The translations under genes were made by a program, and so were the position numbers. From positions 6,430 through 70,429 of the forward strand of contig OY729427.2 in the NCBI GenBank assembly GCA_963422375.2: 64,000 nucleotides of DNA, written 5' to 3'. Positions 26,396 through 37,028 of this stretch are shown piece by piece. Numbering within the stretch: the stretch's first letter is position 1; each line of letters opens with the position of its first letter. Under the pieces are notes generated by a model. That model ran no database searches. It saw nothing but the letters and a program-made list of their open reading frames with translations, and was not told the DNA's origin. Source of the stretch: Bryobacterales bacterium. Its GTDB lineage: Bacteria; Acidobacteriota; Terriglobia; Bryobacterales; UBA6623.

Positions 26396-29300
26396 TCAGA
26401 AGCCGATCCGCAGGCCCAGCCGGAACACGCGGTGGTCGTTGCCGTCGCGGCCCGTGTTGGCCATGCTCGTCACTACACCGAACCCGCTGCTCGCGATGCT
26501 CGAATTCGGATTGCGGAAGTGCGGCGTGTTGGAGACGTTGAACGCCTCCGCCCGGAACTGCACGCTGACCTTTTCCGTCGGCTGGAACTTGCGGAAGATG
26601 CCCATGTCCACGTTGATCAGGCCGGGACCGCGCAGGACGTTGGCGCCGCAGTTTCCGAATCTAGGCGAGCCGCCCGTGTCCGCTGGGTCGGCGAAGGTGG
26701 ACAGGTCCCACCAGCCGTCGGGATCGCCCAGCTTCCGCGGGGCCGAGAGGCAGTCCGCAAGCTGCCCGGACGCGGCGGCGTTGACCGATCCCGACGGGGC
26801 CGTGGGAGTCGAGGGTCGCCCCGTGTAGAACGACGCCAGGGCGTTGACCTGCCAGCCGCCGAGCAAGGCCCCGGCCGCTCCGCCCTGCGCGAATCTCTTG
26901 CCGCGCCCGAAGGGCAGCTCGTAGGTGTTGGAAATCACGAGGTTGTGCCGGATGTCGTTGTTGAGCGGGCCACGGTTCCGCGAGTAGTAGGCCGGGTGCC
27001 GGATGCGCGGCTGGGCGGTGGACGACTCCGACGTGTAGCCGCGTCCGTGGCCCCACGTGTACGCCAGGTTGAAATGGTGCCCCGACCTGCTCCGGCGCAC
27101 AAGCTTGACTTGCAGGGAATCGTACATGGGGGTGCCGATCGTGCCCCAGAAGAGCGTCGAGGCCGTCCGCTTGTAGAGCTTGCGCAGCCGGCGCCCGGCG
27201 TTGCCTTCGCCGATCTCGCCCCAGTTCGCCTCGATGCGCGAGCTCTGCCGCGTCGAGCGCGTCGCCACGTAGGAGGCCGTGCCGATCCACTCTCCCCACT
27301 GCTTCTCCAGCGTGAAGTTCCACGACTGGATGTAGCCGCGCTGGAAGTTCTCGTCCGCCGTAGCCACGTTCGCGCGCAGCGGCATCTGGATGCGCTCGTC
27401 GGTCGGGATCGGCGGGATGGCGGGGAAGCCCTGGTCTAGCGTGGTTGCGAAGGAGAAGGAATTCGGAGACGGCAGCAGCTGCGAGAACTGCGTCGGCAGG
27501 TTTCCCCGCAGGTCCCGGCCCAGGTTGAACGGGTTGTAGGTCAGGCCGTAGCCGGTGCGCACCACGAGCGTGTCCGTCGCGCGCCAAGCGATGCCGACGC
27601 GCGGCGCGAACTGCGTCTTGCTCTGCGGCAGGCCGCAGTTCCGCGGGACGGAACCGAGCCCGCACACCAGCATGATGTTCTCGTCGATGTCGAACCGCTC
27701 CAAGCCCCGGTTCGGCCGCACCGGGAAGGGAAAGTATTCCCACCGCGTGCCGTAGGTCAGGGTCAGGTCCGGCCGCACCTGCCAGCGGTCGCGCACATAG
27801 GCGGCGTACTGGTTGGAGCGCGTCTGCAGGTTCTTGCCGTTGAGGAAGTTGCGCGCCGCGTCGCGAGGCAGGCCGAGCATGAACGCCGCGATCGGGTTGT
27901 AGTCGTTCGCCTTGGACCCCGGCCGCCCGGTGGTGTTCGAGCGGAACCGGAAGCCGCCCGCCGGCGCGTCACCGCCGGGGAAGTTGGCCACTTCCTGGTT
28001 GATCTGGGTTTGGAAGGTGTCGATGCCGAACCGCACTTCGTGATCGCCCTTGGTCCAGTTGCCGTTGGCCACGAACTGGTGCAGGTAGTCGTGACCGATG
28101 AACGGCGACGTGGCTTGGTAGCCCAGGTTGCCGTAGCCCGCGTCGAAGCGCATGCGAGGCATCCCGCCGTAGAAGGAGCCCGCCTCGCCCGGAACGCCGT
28201 CCCCATTGGTGCCGGGAATGCCGAGCACGTCCAGCCCGATGCGCTGTTCCAGATTGCCCGCGAAGGCGTTGCTGTCGACCAACGTGGAACCGAAGTACGC
28301 GTCGAACACGAGGCTCGGGCTGGCCACGTACGTGGCCGAGAGAGTGCCGCTGTAGGTCGGCCCGAATCCGTTGTCGGTGCGGAAGTTCGTGGGATGCACC
28401 GAAATGCCCGACAGATTGCCGAACGCCGCCGGGTTCCATTGCTTGTAGTGGAAGAGACTCAGGCGGGCGAACATGGTCCACTTGTCCGACAGGTTGAAGC
28501 TCGTCTTGCTGTCGATTTGGTGGCGCGTGAACATGTAGGTGATGCCGGCCAGCTTGTTGCGATTCAGGCCCAGCGCGCCCACGCCGGGCCGGTCGGGCAG
28601 GCTCCAATCGGGATCGTCGGCTAGGATCCGGCTCGCCCGCGCGATCCGCGAATCCGGGATCGTGTTGTCGGGGAACTGCGTGCGGCTCGCTTCGTCTCCG
28701 ACCGCCGCCGACAGCGGGTCGAAGACCGGCAGGGGCGACGCCGAGAAATCGCCGGCACGCATCGACGCAGTCGGGACCTTGATGAAGCGAGTGGCGTTGG
28801 AGTTCTCCGAAGTGCGCTCGTAGCTCACGAAGTAGAAGGCCCTGTTCTTCTTGATCGGCCCTCCGATCGTGCCCCCGGCTTGGTTGTAGATGAATTTCGG
28901 CTTGGCGGCGTCGCGGTCGCTGAAGTACGGGTACGCCTGCAAGTGCTGGTTGTTGTGGTACCAGAAAGCCGAGCCGTGAGTCTCGTTGGTGCCGCTCTTG
29001 ATCTGCAGGTTGATCGCCGCGCCCCCGGCCAGGCCCTGCTCGGCGTCGAAGGAACCGGTGACGACGTTGACGACCTCGATCGACTCCAAGGCCGGGTTGA
29101 TGCCCGTCATGTGGGTCAGGTTCGGGTTGTAGCTCGACGCGCCGTCGATGCGCACGTTGTTGTTGTTGTCGGCGGTGCCGTTGACCGTGTAGCGCACGGC
29201 CCGGGTCGGATTGGCCGGCACGGAGTGCGCGTTGGCCGGGGGCGAGAATCCCGGAAGCGTCTGGAGGAGCATCTGATAGTTGCGCCCGAGCGGAACGGGC

Positions 29301-29758
29301 ACGTTCTGCAGCTCCTGCGAGCCGACCTCGCCGCGCACCTCGGCCCGGTCCGTCTGCAGCCGCGCCGCGGTCGCGCTGACCTCGATGACTTCGGTCACCT
29401 CGCCGATCTGCAGGTCGACGTCGACGCGCGTGACGTCGTTGACGCCCACCGCGACGCCGGTCGTCGAATAGGTGCTAAAGCCGTCCGACTGGACCTCGAT
29501 GCGGTACGTGCCCGTCGCGACGGTCGAGAAGCTGTAGGCGCCCGAGGCGTTGGCTCCGCCGATCCGAGTGGCCCCGGTTCCCTCGTTGGTGATCGTCACC
29601 CGGGCCCCGGGAATCACCGCCCCGGTGCCGTCCGACACGTTGCCGACGATGCTGCCGTAGAGAATCTGGGCGCTCGGGCGCTCCGCTCCGAAACCCGCGA
29701 CCAGCGCGAGAGCTGCGACCACGACTAGGCCGCGCTTCAATCCGTTCTTGGCTTGCAT
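26396..29758 (-). CDS. TonB-dependent receptor with CarboxypepD_reg-like N-terminal domain
   Basis: It starts at MQAKNGLKRGLVVVAALALVAGFG. It continues ILYGSIVGNVSDGTGAVIPGARVTITNEGTG...GTYRIEVQSDGF, then the plug (LGRNYQMLLQTLPG) and a long barrel ending ...RVFRLGLRIGF*. Confidence 0.9.
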   Translation of the reverse strand: MQAKNGLKRGLVVVAALALVAGFGAERPSAQILYGSIVGNVSDGTGAVIPGARVTITNEGTGATRIGGANASGAYSFSTVATGTYRIEVQSDGFSTYSTTGVAVGVNDVTRVDVDLQIGEVTEVIEVSATAARLQTDRAEVRGEVGSQELQNVPVPLGRNYQMLLQTLPGFSPPANAHSVPANPTRAVRYTVNGTADNNNNVRIDGASSYNPNLTHMTGINPALESIEVVNVVTGSFDAEQGLAGGAAINLQIKSGTNETHGSAFWYHNNQHLQAYPYFSDRDAAKPKFIYNQAGGTIGGPIKKNRAFYFVSYERTSENSNATRFIKVPTASMRAGDFSASPLPVFDPLSAAVGDEASRTQFPDNTIPDSRIARASRILADDPDWSLPDRPGVGALGLNRNKLAGITYMFTRHQIDSKTSFNLSDKWTMFARLSLFHYKQWNPAAFGNLSGISVHPTNFRTDNGFGPTYSGTLSATYVASPSLVFDAYFGSTLVDSNAFAGNLEQRIGLDVLGIPGTNGDGVPGEAGSFYGGMPRMRFDAGYGNLGYQATSPFIGHDYLHQFVANGNWTKGDHEVRFGIDTFQTQINQEVANFPGGDAPAGGFRFRSNTTGRPGSKANDYNPIAAFMLGLPRDAARNFLNGKNLQTRSNQYAAYVRDRWQVRPDLTLTYGTRWEYFPFPVRPNRGLERFDIDENIMLVCGLGSVPRNCGLPQSKTQFAPRVGIAWRATDTLVVRTGYGLTYNPFNLGRDLRGNLPTQFSQLLPSPNSFSFATTLDQGFPAIPPIPTDERIQMPLRANVATADENFQRGYIQSWNFTLEKQWGEWIGTASYVATRSTRQSSRIEANWGEIGEGNAGRRLRKLYKRTASTLFWGTIGTPMYDSLQVKLVRRSRSGHHFNLAYTWGHGRGYTSESSTAQPRIRHPAYYSRNRGPLNNDIRHNLVISNTYELPFGRGKRFAQGGAAGALLGGWQVNALASFYTGRPSTPTAPSGSVNAAASGQLADCLSAPRKLGDPDGWWDLSTFADPADTGGSPRFGNCGANVLRGPGLINVDMGIFRKFQPTEKVSVQFRAEAFNVSNTPHFRNPNSSIASSGFGVVTSMANTGRDGNDHRVFRLGLRIGF

Positions 29759-30344
29759 ACTGGAAATCCCTCGTCCGTAGGCGCTGATCGCGCCTCCGAC
29801 GAGCCCGCCGGGCACAGGAACCCGGGATTGAATCCGACCGCTCCTCCCCTGAATGCCACTGTGCGGGTTCGCCGGCTGAGAGTGTATCACGGAATGCGGG
29901 CGTCCACTGGGTCCGCCGAGCGCGGGTGCCTTGCGACACCGTCTCGTTGCCGGCGACCCGATTGCAGCTAGCGCGAGCTGCCGCGATTCATCACCAGGGG
30001 GAGCCCGGGCGAGGATTCTCAGACTTGGTCAGCGGAGAACCGGGCGCCCGGCCTGCGGCCTACCCGTCGGCAGCCGTCTGCGAGTATCCAATCCATCATC
30101 GCGTCCAATTGATGGGCCCAGAAGATCGTAAGACCCCTTGATTGAGCGTCTGCCAGCTTCGCCAGACCGTAGACGCCCTCCAGGACGGCGGCCGGGACAA
30201 CCTGAACGGTTCCGAAGTCGTCCAACCAGGTCGCGCACTTGACGACCGCATCAGTTGTTGAGACGCTTGATCGAATTCAGCTTTGAACTGGAAACCCTAC
30301 ATTCGACCGCCATCGTGCGACAGTCCCCGAATCCGATCCCGAAG

Positions 30345-30480
30345 TCAGCCTTCCGCCTTGGAGGCCGGGGCGATGCAGCGGTTGAGCACCGCCGCCAGCA
30401 GATACGTGCCGACCGAGGGCCCGGAGCCGTGCTTGGGCACGTGGCGGTCGATGTGCTCGGCGAGGGGCAGGCGGCGGGCA
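30345..30480 (-). mobile_element. Short remnant of an IS1634-like transposase N-terminus
   Basis: The minus strand translates as ...LPLAEHIDRHVPKHGSGPSVGTYLLAAVLNRCIAPASKAEG*. From memory this resembles the conserved N-terminal block of IS1634-family transposases. It lies exactly where the receptor fragment loses homology. Confidence 0.3.
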
Positions 30481-30549
30481 TGTCAGTGGAGGGCGGCGTA
30501 AGCGCCGAACTCGCAGTATCTTCAGCTGCTGGCTGACGAAGCGCGGACC

Positions 30550-31093
30550 GGCACTGTCACCACCGGCACTGCCGAACGTCACGACGCCGTTGGTGAGGCC
30601 CGCCAGCTGCAGGTAGCTCCGCCCGTTCAGGGGCAGGTCCAGGATCTCTCGGTTCGCGACGACATGACCCACGTCCGATGTGTCCGTCGCGAGCACCGGG
30701 GCGGCCGCGACCACTTCGACCGTCTCAGTCACCTGGCCCACCTCCATCGCCAAGTCGAACCGGGCGGTCTGGTCGACCTGCAGGACGATTTGGCGTATGG
30801 CGTATGTCGACCGGACGGAAGCCGGACGCGGTGGCGCGAATCGAGTACGACCCCGGAAACAGGTTCGTCAAGGAATACGATCCGAGCTCGCTGGTCGTGC
30901 GGGTCTGGGCGACCCCAGTCCCTTCGTTGGTCACCGTCACCTCAACTTCGGGAATGGAAGCTCCGGTGGCATCAGTCACGGCCCCGACGATCGAACCGTA
31001 GGTGGACTGGGCCGCGGCGACCGGGGCCAAGGCTAACGCCAGCACCCACACCGACAGAGTCCAGCTGATATTCGAGTTGCGGAACGTATGCAC
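30550..31093 (-). pseudogene. 5' fragment of a second CarboxypepD_reg TonB receptor gene (frameshift near 30750, truncated near 30550)
   Basis: MHTFRNSNISWTLSVWVLALALAPVAAAQSTYGSIVGAVTDATGASIPEVEVTVTNEGTG...GSYSIRATASGF, then in another frame ...LQVDQTARFDLAMEVGQVTETVEVVAAAPVLATDTSDVGHVVANREILDLPLNGRSYLQLAGL... Homology then ends. Confidence 0.7.
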
Positions 31094-31425
31094 TGCGGTT
31101 GTCCATGCGGCGGCGATTCCGCCCGCCCTAGGGAGCGGCCGCGCCTAACCGTCAAGCCGAAGATCGAGTCCCGGTACATCGCTGCCGAGAGAAAGCTCCC
31201 CAGCGGCAGGCCGAACTCCCGAAATCAGGTCGCATCTGCCGCGCCAAGCGGTCGCCCTTCAAGCGCGCCGACAGCAGATGGCCGATCGCGCCGCATTGGG
31301 ATGACTTGGGTCAGCTCCAGCCGCTCGCAGTGCTCTCGCTTGCTGCCATCGTCGGCATCCACGGTGCTGGTCGAGGCACCTTCCAGTACTCAGTCCTAGA
31401 CGTTGACTTCCTACCACGCCAAGCA

Positions 31426-31680
31426 CTACCTCCCGTTGCCTCGCATGAGGTCGCGTGCCGCGAACTTGTCCGGCGAGCTGCTGGCGTTCGCGACCAGTTC
31501 CCGGTAGTGAAGCAGCACGTTGCCAGCAACTAGGGCCTCTCCGCGCTCGCGGAAGTACTCCTCTCGAATGGTGACGGCGGCGCGCATCGCCCGGTCTCGA
31601 AGAGCATCGTGCGGCGTCGGCCGACCGACTGATCTCGGGCAATGAATACAGACAGCGGGCAGTTCCGACTCGCGCGCCGT
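31426..31680 (-). pseudogene. Possible Uma2-family endonuclease remnant interrupted by ISKra4-like copy A
   Basis: ...RPTPHDALRDRAMRAAVTIREEYFRERGEALVAGNVLLHYRE...SSPD... parallels ...AIRDAAAMLAHYFERREDVLVANNLLVYYVE...VPDV... of the Uma2 gene at 44940..45866. Confidence 0.35.
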
Positions 31681-33290
31681 CAGCGGTTCTAGATTTGGCC
31701 GTCAAGGGGGTGCGTGAACGTTGTTTCGGAGGATGAGGTGAATAAGTTGACCGAGAGGTTGCGCTCCCGAGGCCGCCCCGCGGGAGCGTCGGACGGCGGG
31801 CAGGGCCGTGGCGCGGCCCGCGTCGCGAGTCCGCGGAGTGCCGAGCCCGCGGCCGGACGCACTCCGGCGGTAGCCGGCTTTGACGGCCGGCCGCTCGCCG
31901 GACGCTGCCGGCACGAGACTGCGTGGAGTCCAGGCCCCGGCCGCCTGGCAGCCCGGAGGCGCGCGTCCGGCGCGCACCGCCGCCAGCAGCGTCGGCCGGT
32001 CCGGGAAGCGGAACCAGCGCAGCGCGACCTGCAGCTCCCGGAACAGGGCGCGGCGCGTGACTGGCTGGCGCCGGCACTGCTGCCACAGCGCGCAGACGCA
32101 CTGCAGCACGGCGCGGAGCGCGAAGGCGAACAGGTTCGGCACGGCCGGCACGTTGGCCAGCCCTTCCTTGCCGTGCCCGAAGTTGCGCTTGCAGTTGCGG
32201 CCGTGCCGCGCCAGGCAGTTGAAGCCCTCGTTCTCGATCTGCCAGCGCGCCCGGCCGGCCCGCGCGATCGGCTCCGCGTTGTCCGCGGTGACCGCGAGAC
32301 CGGTGGAGAAGCTGCTGGCGCAGGTGCGCTTGCCGTCGCGCTCCACGGCGTACTCGATCCAAGTGCCCTGCAGGGCGTCGCGGCCCTTGCGCAGGAGCAC
32401 CGCGGCCGTCCGGCGGAAACGGTGCCGCTCGGACCGCTTGCCCTTCCCGCGCCGCGGCGGCCTCGCAGACCGACTGGCAGCAGTACAGGTCGTCGCCCGG
32501 CAGGACGGGGCGGCAGGCCTGCAGCCAGGCGCCGCGAGCGGCGAGCCAGCGCTTGGCGGCGTTGCGCTCGCAGTCCCGCTTGCGCTCGTCCTCGCTCATG
32601 TCGGCGCGGGTCGCGGCCGCGTCCTGCTGCGGGCGCACGAACTCGCGCATCAGCGGCAGGACCGTGGCGTGGCCGTCGGCCACCGCGGTGGCCGCGACCA
32701 TGGTGTGGAAGTGATGCGGCCGGCGCTCGCTGCCGACGCGCCGCACCGAGCACTGCGGGCAATGCACCCTGTCGGAGCGGTGGAACCGGACGCCGTCCGG
32801 AGCCGCCGGCAGGCGCTCGTCGAGGCGCTGGAAGGGCTCGAGCGCGCCCTGCGCGGCCACGGTTGCGAGGCACCGCCGGAACGGCGGGTCGAACGCGGCC
32901 GGGTCGCGGTCGTCGAGCAAGTTGCGGATCCGGTTGTCGCAGGGGATGCGGCCCGCGCCGCACAGGGTCCGGCAGTTGGAGCGCGAGCCGTCCCGCTCCA
33001 TGCGTCGCTGGAACGCGAGCAACGACTCGCACCGGGTGCAGAAGCAGGCCGGGGCGCACCAGGGCGCAACCGGCGGCGTCGCTGACCTCGTAGCGCTTGT
33101 TGCTGCGACCCTCGCGCCGGTCGGGCCGGCCGGCGGCCGTCTCGCGGAAGGCGCTCGGCAGCGCGTCCAGGACATGGGGCATTTACCCTAGCTCACAAAT
33201 TCCGCAAGCAAAAGTCAAGTGCCAGACTGCCTTCGACACCTTTCTCAGACACTCTGGAAATCCCAAAATGCCCAAATTGAGAATCGCTGG
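31681..33290 (-). mobile_element. ISKra4-like IS, copy A (defective: internal ~120-bp deletion)
   Basis: Terminal IRs are CCAGCGATTCTCAATTTGGGC / CAGCGGTTCTAGATTTGGCC. A perfect 8-bp direct repeat CGCGCCGT sits at 31673..31680 and 33291..33298. The transposase pieces (MPHVLDALPSAFRET..., ...ESLLAFQRRMERDGSRSNCRTLCG..DCERNAAKRWL..., ...RARWQIENEGFNCLARHGRNCKRNFGHGKEGL...) lie in three frames. Confidence 0.8.
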
Positions 33291-33602
33291 CGCGCCGTCC
33301 GAATGAGCGCGCCACCCGACAGGTACGTCCCGAAGGCCGTGCTCGGGGGCGTGTGCAGGCGAATCTGCCAGACGGGCCTGCGATCCTGCCACGCGCGTAG
33401 GGCGTGGAAGCACAGCGTCGCCGAGGCACGCTGGCTGGCGCCGTGCTCCGTCCCGTCGTCCGTCCAGTCCGCTTCGCCGCCAGCGGACTGGGATGGGAGG
33501 CAATGCAGCGCAGGGGCTTAGGACGGGTTGCAGCAATGTCCGTCGACCTTGGAGTTCGTATCTGTCCGCCAACCCGGGCCCGCCCGCGCTCGCAGGCGAA
33601 AC

Positions 33603-33652
33603 TTCTGTTGGCTGCATCGCGCATACATTCTGTTGGCTGCATCGCGCATACA
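33603..33652. repeat. Perfect 25-bp tandem duplication (TTCTGTTGGCTGCATCGCGCATACA x2) 20 bp upstream of the cytochrome c start
   Basis: Read directly: 33603..33627 is identical to 33628..33652. Confidence 0.9.
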
Positions 33653-33672
33653 ATGGACGGCGACACTTCCCG

Positions 33673-34497
33673 ATGACAGCTACGCGACTCCGTCCCTGCC
33701 TCTGCCTCGCGGCGTCCGTCTTGGCCCTCGCCGCGAGTGCCGGCGCGGATGCTCCCCGCGGCAATCCCCTCGGCAGGGACCCCGCCGCGGTCCGCGCAGG
33801 CGATGAGCTGTTCCACGAACGCTGCGCTGTGTGCCACGGGCAACGCGCCCAAGGGGCGATGGCTTCGAACCTAGTCCGCACCCGCCGTGTTCGGCGCGGA
33901 TCCGAGCAGTCCCTGTTCGAATTGATTCAAACGGGCATCCCGGGCACCGAAATGCCTCCCCAGCCCGACCTCCCGGACGAGCGCGTGTGGCAGATCGTGT
34001 CGTACCTGAGAAGCTTGGTGCATCCGGGAGAGCAGCCGCAGCTGCCCGGAGACGTAGACGCGGGCCGCGCGCTCTTCCGCAGCGCGGGCTGCGCCACGTG
34101 CCACATCGTGAACGGCCACGGCGGCTTCTTGGGACCGTCCCTAGACTCGATTGCGATCCGCAAGACGAGCGACCAGATCCGGAGCGACGTGCTCAATCCC
34201 AGCGCGAGCCTGGCCGAAGGCTACGAGACCGTTTCCGCACAGGCCTCCGACGGAAGGCGGGTCGAGGGCGTTCTCAAGAACGAGGACACCTTCCTCGTGC
34301 TGATCCTGACGGAGGCCGGCGAGGTCGAAGCGCTGCCCCGCGACAGGCTGCGATCACTCGACAGACCCGCCCGGTCGCGCATGCCAGCGGATTACGGTAC
34401 GCGGCTCTCGGCGGGAGAGCTGCGTGCTCTATTCGCATTCCTGGACCGGCAGCGAGATCCGTTCACGCCCGTAGTCCGCGGATTCGGTGTTTACTGA
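33673..34497 (+). CDS. Dihaem c-type cytochrome
   Basis: The signal peptide is MTATRLRPCLCLAASVLALAASAGA. There are two CxxCH motifs (CAVCH, CATCH). It ends 9 nt upstream of the PQQ dehydrogenase gene. Confidence 0.8.
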   Translation: MTATRLRPCLCLAASVLALAASAGADAPRGNPLGRDPAAVRAGDELFHERCAVCHGQRAQGAMASNLVRTRRVRRGSEQSLFELIQTGIPGTEMPPQPDLPDERVWQIVSYLRSLVHPGEQPQLPGDVDAGRALFRSAGCATCHIVNGHGGFLGPSLDSIAIRKTSDQIRSDVLNPSASLAEGYETVSAQASDGRRVEGVLKNEDTFLVLILTEAGEVEALPRDRLRSLDRPARSRMPADYGTRLSAGELRALFAFLDRQRDPFTPVVRGFGVY

Positions 34498-34506
34498 AGC
34501 AGCCCA

Positions 34507-36084
34507 ATGCGTACTTCCCGACTTATCAGCCTCGCGCTGCTGGGCACGGGACTCGCCGTCCCGTCCGGGGCGCAGCCGTTAGAGGAGCGATACAGGAACC
34601 CATCCAACTGGCTCAGCTACGACCGCGACAACACCGGCCGTCGCTACTCCGAGCTCGCTCGCATCGATCGCGACAACGTCGCCCGGCTGGTTCCCAAGTG
34701 GATGTTCCAGTACAGCCCGCAGCAGCTGCGCAGCGAGGCGACGCCGCTCGTCCGGGACGGCGTGATGTATCTGGCTGCGGGCGGGATGCGGGCGTTCGCC
34801 CTGGACGCGGCCACCGGCCGTTCCGTGTGGCGCTTCGACTACCCCTTCGACCAAGGGGACGGGCGCCCGAACCCCAACTGGAGCCGAGGCCTCGGCCTGT
34901 CGGGGACTCGCCTGTATCTCGGCACGCCGGACTGCCACGTAATCGCGATCGACAGCCGCAACGGGGCGATGCTGTGGCGCTCCCCCGTGACCGCGGACCA
35001 GCCCTGCTTCGGCTCGACCGGCGCGCCCATCATCGCAAAGAATCGGGTGCTGGTCGGCATCCGCGGCGGCGACACCGGTCGCGTCCGAGGCTACCTCGAC
35101 GCCTTCGACGCCGAAACCGGGAAGCGCGAGTGGCGCTTCTACACGGTCCCCGCTCCGGGCGAGCCCGGGTCGGAGACGTGGCCGGACAACGACTCGTGGA
35201 AGGCCGGCGGCGGCACTCCCTGGACCAGCGGCACCTACGACCCGGAACTCGACCTGCTGTACTGGCCGACCGGCAATCCCGGCCCGAAGGACTTCGATGG
35301 TCGCAACCGCGAAGGCGACAATCTCTACACCGCGACGCTGCTGGCCCTGCGCCCCGATGACGGCGAGCTCGTCTGGCACTTCCAGTACACGCCGCACGAC
35401 GAACACGACTGGGACGCCAACCAGACGCCGGTTCTCGTGGATGCCGACTGGAACGGGCGGCGCCGCAAGCTCGTGGTACATCCGAACCGGAACGCGTTCC
35501 TATACGTGATCGACCGGGAGAGCGGGGAATTCCTGCGCGCCACGCCGTTCGCGAAGCAGAACTGGCTCTCTCGGTTCACCCCCGAAGGCCGTCCGGTCCC
35601 CAGGCCCGAGGCAGCGCCCAGCCCGGCCGGCGCGCACGCCTGCCCGGACATCCACGGCGGGACCAACTGGCAGTCGCCGACCTTCCATCCCGGGACCGGG
35701 CTGTTCTACGTCATGTCCCGGGACGCCTGCGGGGTGTACTTCCGCACGGGACACAGCATCGACCACCTCGAGACCGGCGCCGAGAATTTCCTGCGCGCCA
35801 TCGACCTTGCCGCGGGCAGCCTGCGCTGGGAGCTCCCGCTGCTGGGGGTGGAGAACCGCGAGGTGATGTTCGCGGGTGCGATGTCCACCGCCGGCGGGCT
35901 GGTCTTCTTCGGGAGCCGCGACGGCAACTTCATGGCCGCCGACGCAGAATCCGGGCAAGTGCTCTGGCACTTCAATACCGGCGGCACGATCCGGGCCTCC
36001 CCGATCACTTACGAGGCGGACGGGCAGCAGTTCGTCGCGATCACGACCAAGAGCGGCGTGTTCGCATTCGGCCTCTTCGACTAG
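34507..36084 (+). CDS. PQQ-dependent dehydrogenase, methanol/ethanol (quinoprotein ADH) family
   Basis: 525 aa with a signal peptide. It has 8-bladed-propeller W motifs (LYLGTPDCHVIAIDSRNGAMLWR, GGTPWTSGTYDPELDLLYWPTGNPGP, DEHDWDANQTPVL, GTNWQSPTFHP, ...FGSRDGNFMAADAESGQVLWHF). Confidence 0.9.
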   Translation: MRTSRLISLALLGTGLAVPSGAQPLEERYRNPSNWLSYDRDNTGRRYSELARIDRDNVARLVPKWMFQYSPQQLRSEATPLVRDGVMYLAAGGMRAFALDAATGRSVWRFDYPFDQGDGRPNPNWSRGLGLSGTRLYLGTPDCHVIAIDSRNGAMLWRSPVTADQPCFGSTGAPIIAKNRVLVGIRGGDTGRVRGYLDAFDAETGKREWRFYTVPAPGEPGSETWPDNDSWKAGGGTPWTSGTYDPELDLLYWPTGNPGPKDFDGRNREGDNLYTATLLALRPDDGELVWHFQYTPHDEHDWDANQTPVLVDADWNGRRRKLVVHPNRNAFLYVIDRESGEFLRATPFAKQNWLSRFTPEGRPVPRPEAAPSPAGAHACPDIHGGTNWQSPTFHPGTGLFYVMSRDACGVYFRTGHSIDHLETGAENFLRAIDLAAGSLRWELPLLGVENREVMFAGAMSTAGGLVFFGSRDGNFMAADAESGQVLWHFNTGGTIRASPITYEADGQQFVAITTKSGVFAFGLFD

Positions 36085-36368
36085 CGTCCCCGCCGGCCAG
36101 CGGGATTCCGCCTTGGATAGTAGTCCCGGGACCTGCTCCGGCCCCGAGCCATGTGCCGGGACGGCCCTATCGGACCGCCGTCCGTCCTAGGGGCGGTCCG
36201 ATAGGCTCCCGGCACCACGAATCGGTTTACTTGCGTATCATTTTCGTTTCGATAGAGCTGGAAATTGCCAGCAGAGGTCGCACGATTTCCATATTTTCGT
36301 CCGTATGCGCAACTGGAACAGGTCAACTAGCGTCTATTTTCGTACTGTGTTCACTTTGGAGGTGCGAT

Positions 36369-37028
36369 TTGCCTGTCCCACGAATTCGTTCTATCATCAA
36401 GTTCGGCTTGATCGCGGCGGTGCTCGTGTTAATCCTGCTTTCGGGGATCCGCATCGGGTCCTCGACCGGGCCGCCGGCTCCCCGGACCCAGCCGAAGACC
36501 CGCGTGGGTGACCGCAACGATTCCCGGGAGGCCGCGGGCGGCGAGACGGGGGTCGGGCTCCGCGGGTATCCCTTCGCGGAACGAGGCGCCGCCGCTAAGG
36601 CGGCCTTCGAGACGTTCCAGCGCGACATGAGCGCCTACTGGGACTCGGAATACCAGCGCGCGCTCGCCCAGGCCGAGGAGCGCATGGCGACGGAGACCAA
36701 GGCCGCGCTCGCGGTCGCCGAGAGGGTCAACGCCGCCGCCCAGCGCAACGCCGAGCGGGTCGCCGCGGAGCAGGCCCGGGCCAACGCCGTGGCGCTCGAG
36801 CGCATTGCACGGCGCCAGGCCGCAGCCGACCAAGCCGCCGTGGAGCGCATCGGGCGGGCGCAGGCCGAGGCCAACCGCCTCGCGGTCGAGAGAATCGCCC
36901 GCGACCAGGCCGAGGCAGACCGAAGAGCGGCGGAGCTCCTCGCACGCGACCAAGCACGGATTTACAGCGGCGGGGGCGAGGACCTCGGGAGAGCAGCGGG
37001 GGGAGCTCGCAGCGCGCCGGGCAACTAG
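36369..37028 (+). CDS. Membrane-anchored protein with ERIAR.QA..-type helical repeats
   Basis: TTG 36369 lies 4 nt after GGAGGTG. The TM segment is IIKFGLIAAVLVLILL, followed by repeated AERVAAEQARANAVALERIARRQAAADQAAVERIGRAQAEANRLAVERIARDQAEA. Confidence 0.5.
   Translation: MPVPRIRSIIKFGLIAAVLVLILLSGIRIGSSTGPPAPRTQPKTRVGDRNDSREAAGGETGVGLRGYPFAERGAAAKAAFETFQRDMSAYWDSEYQRALAQAEERMATETKAALAVAERVNAAAQRNAERVAAEQARANAVALERIARRQAAADQAAVERIGRAQAEANRLAVERIARDQAEADRRAAELLARDQARIYSGGGEDLGRAAGGARSAPGN

Noticed and set aside
30019-30225. 68-aa minus ORF (MDDFGTVQVVPAAVLEGVYGLAKLADAQ...) as a small gene
   Set aside because: It lies in a decayed stretch next to the IS1634-like remnant and may be another frame-shifted piece of that transposase. 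There is no start context or recognisable motif.
15838-31093. Idea that the receptor 3' fragment (15838..16539, +) and the 5' fragment (30550..31093, -) are halves of one gene split by an inversion
   Set aside because: Together they cover only ~410 of ~1100 expected residues, with the whole barrel middle missing. Each abuts a different mobile or foreign element. Two independent truncations are more plausible.
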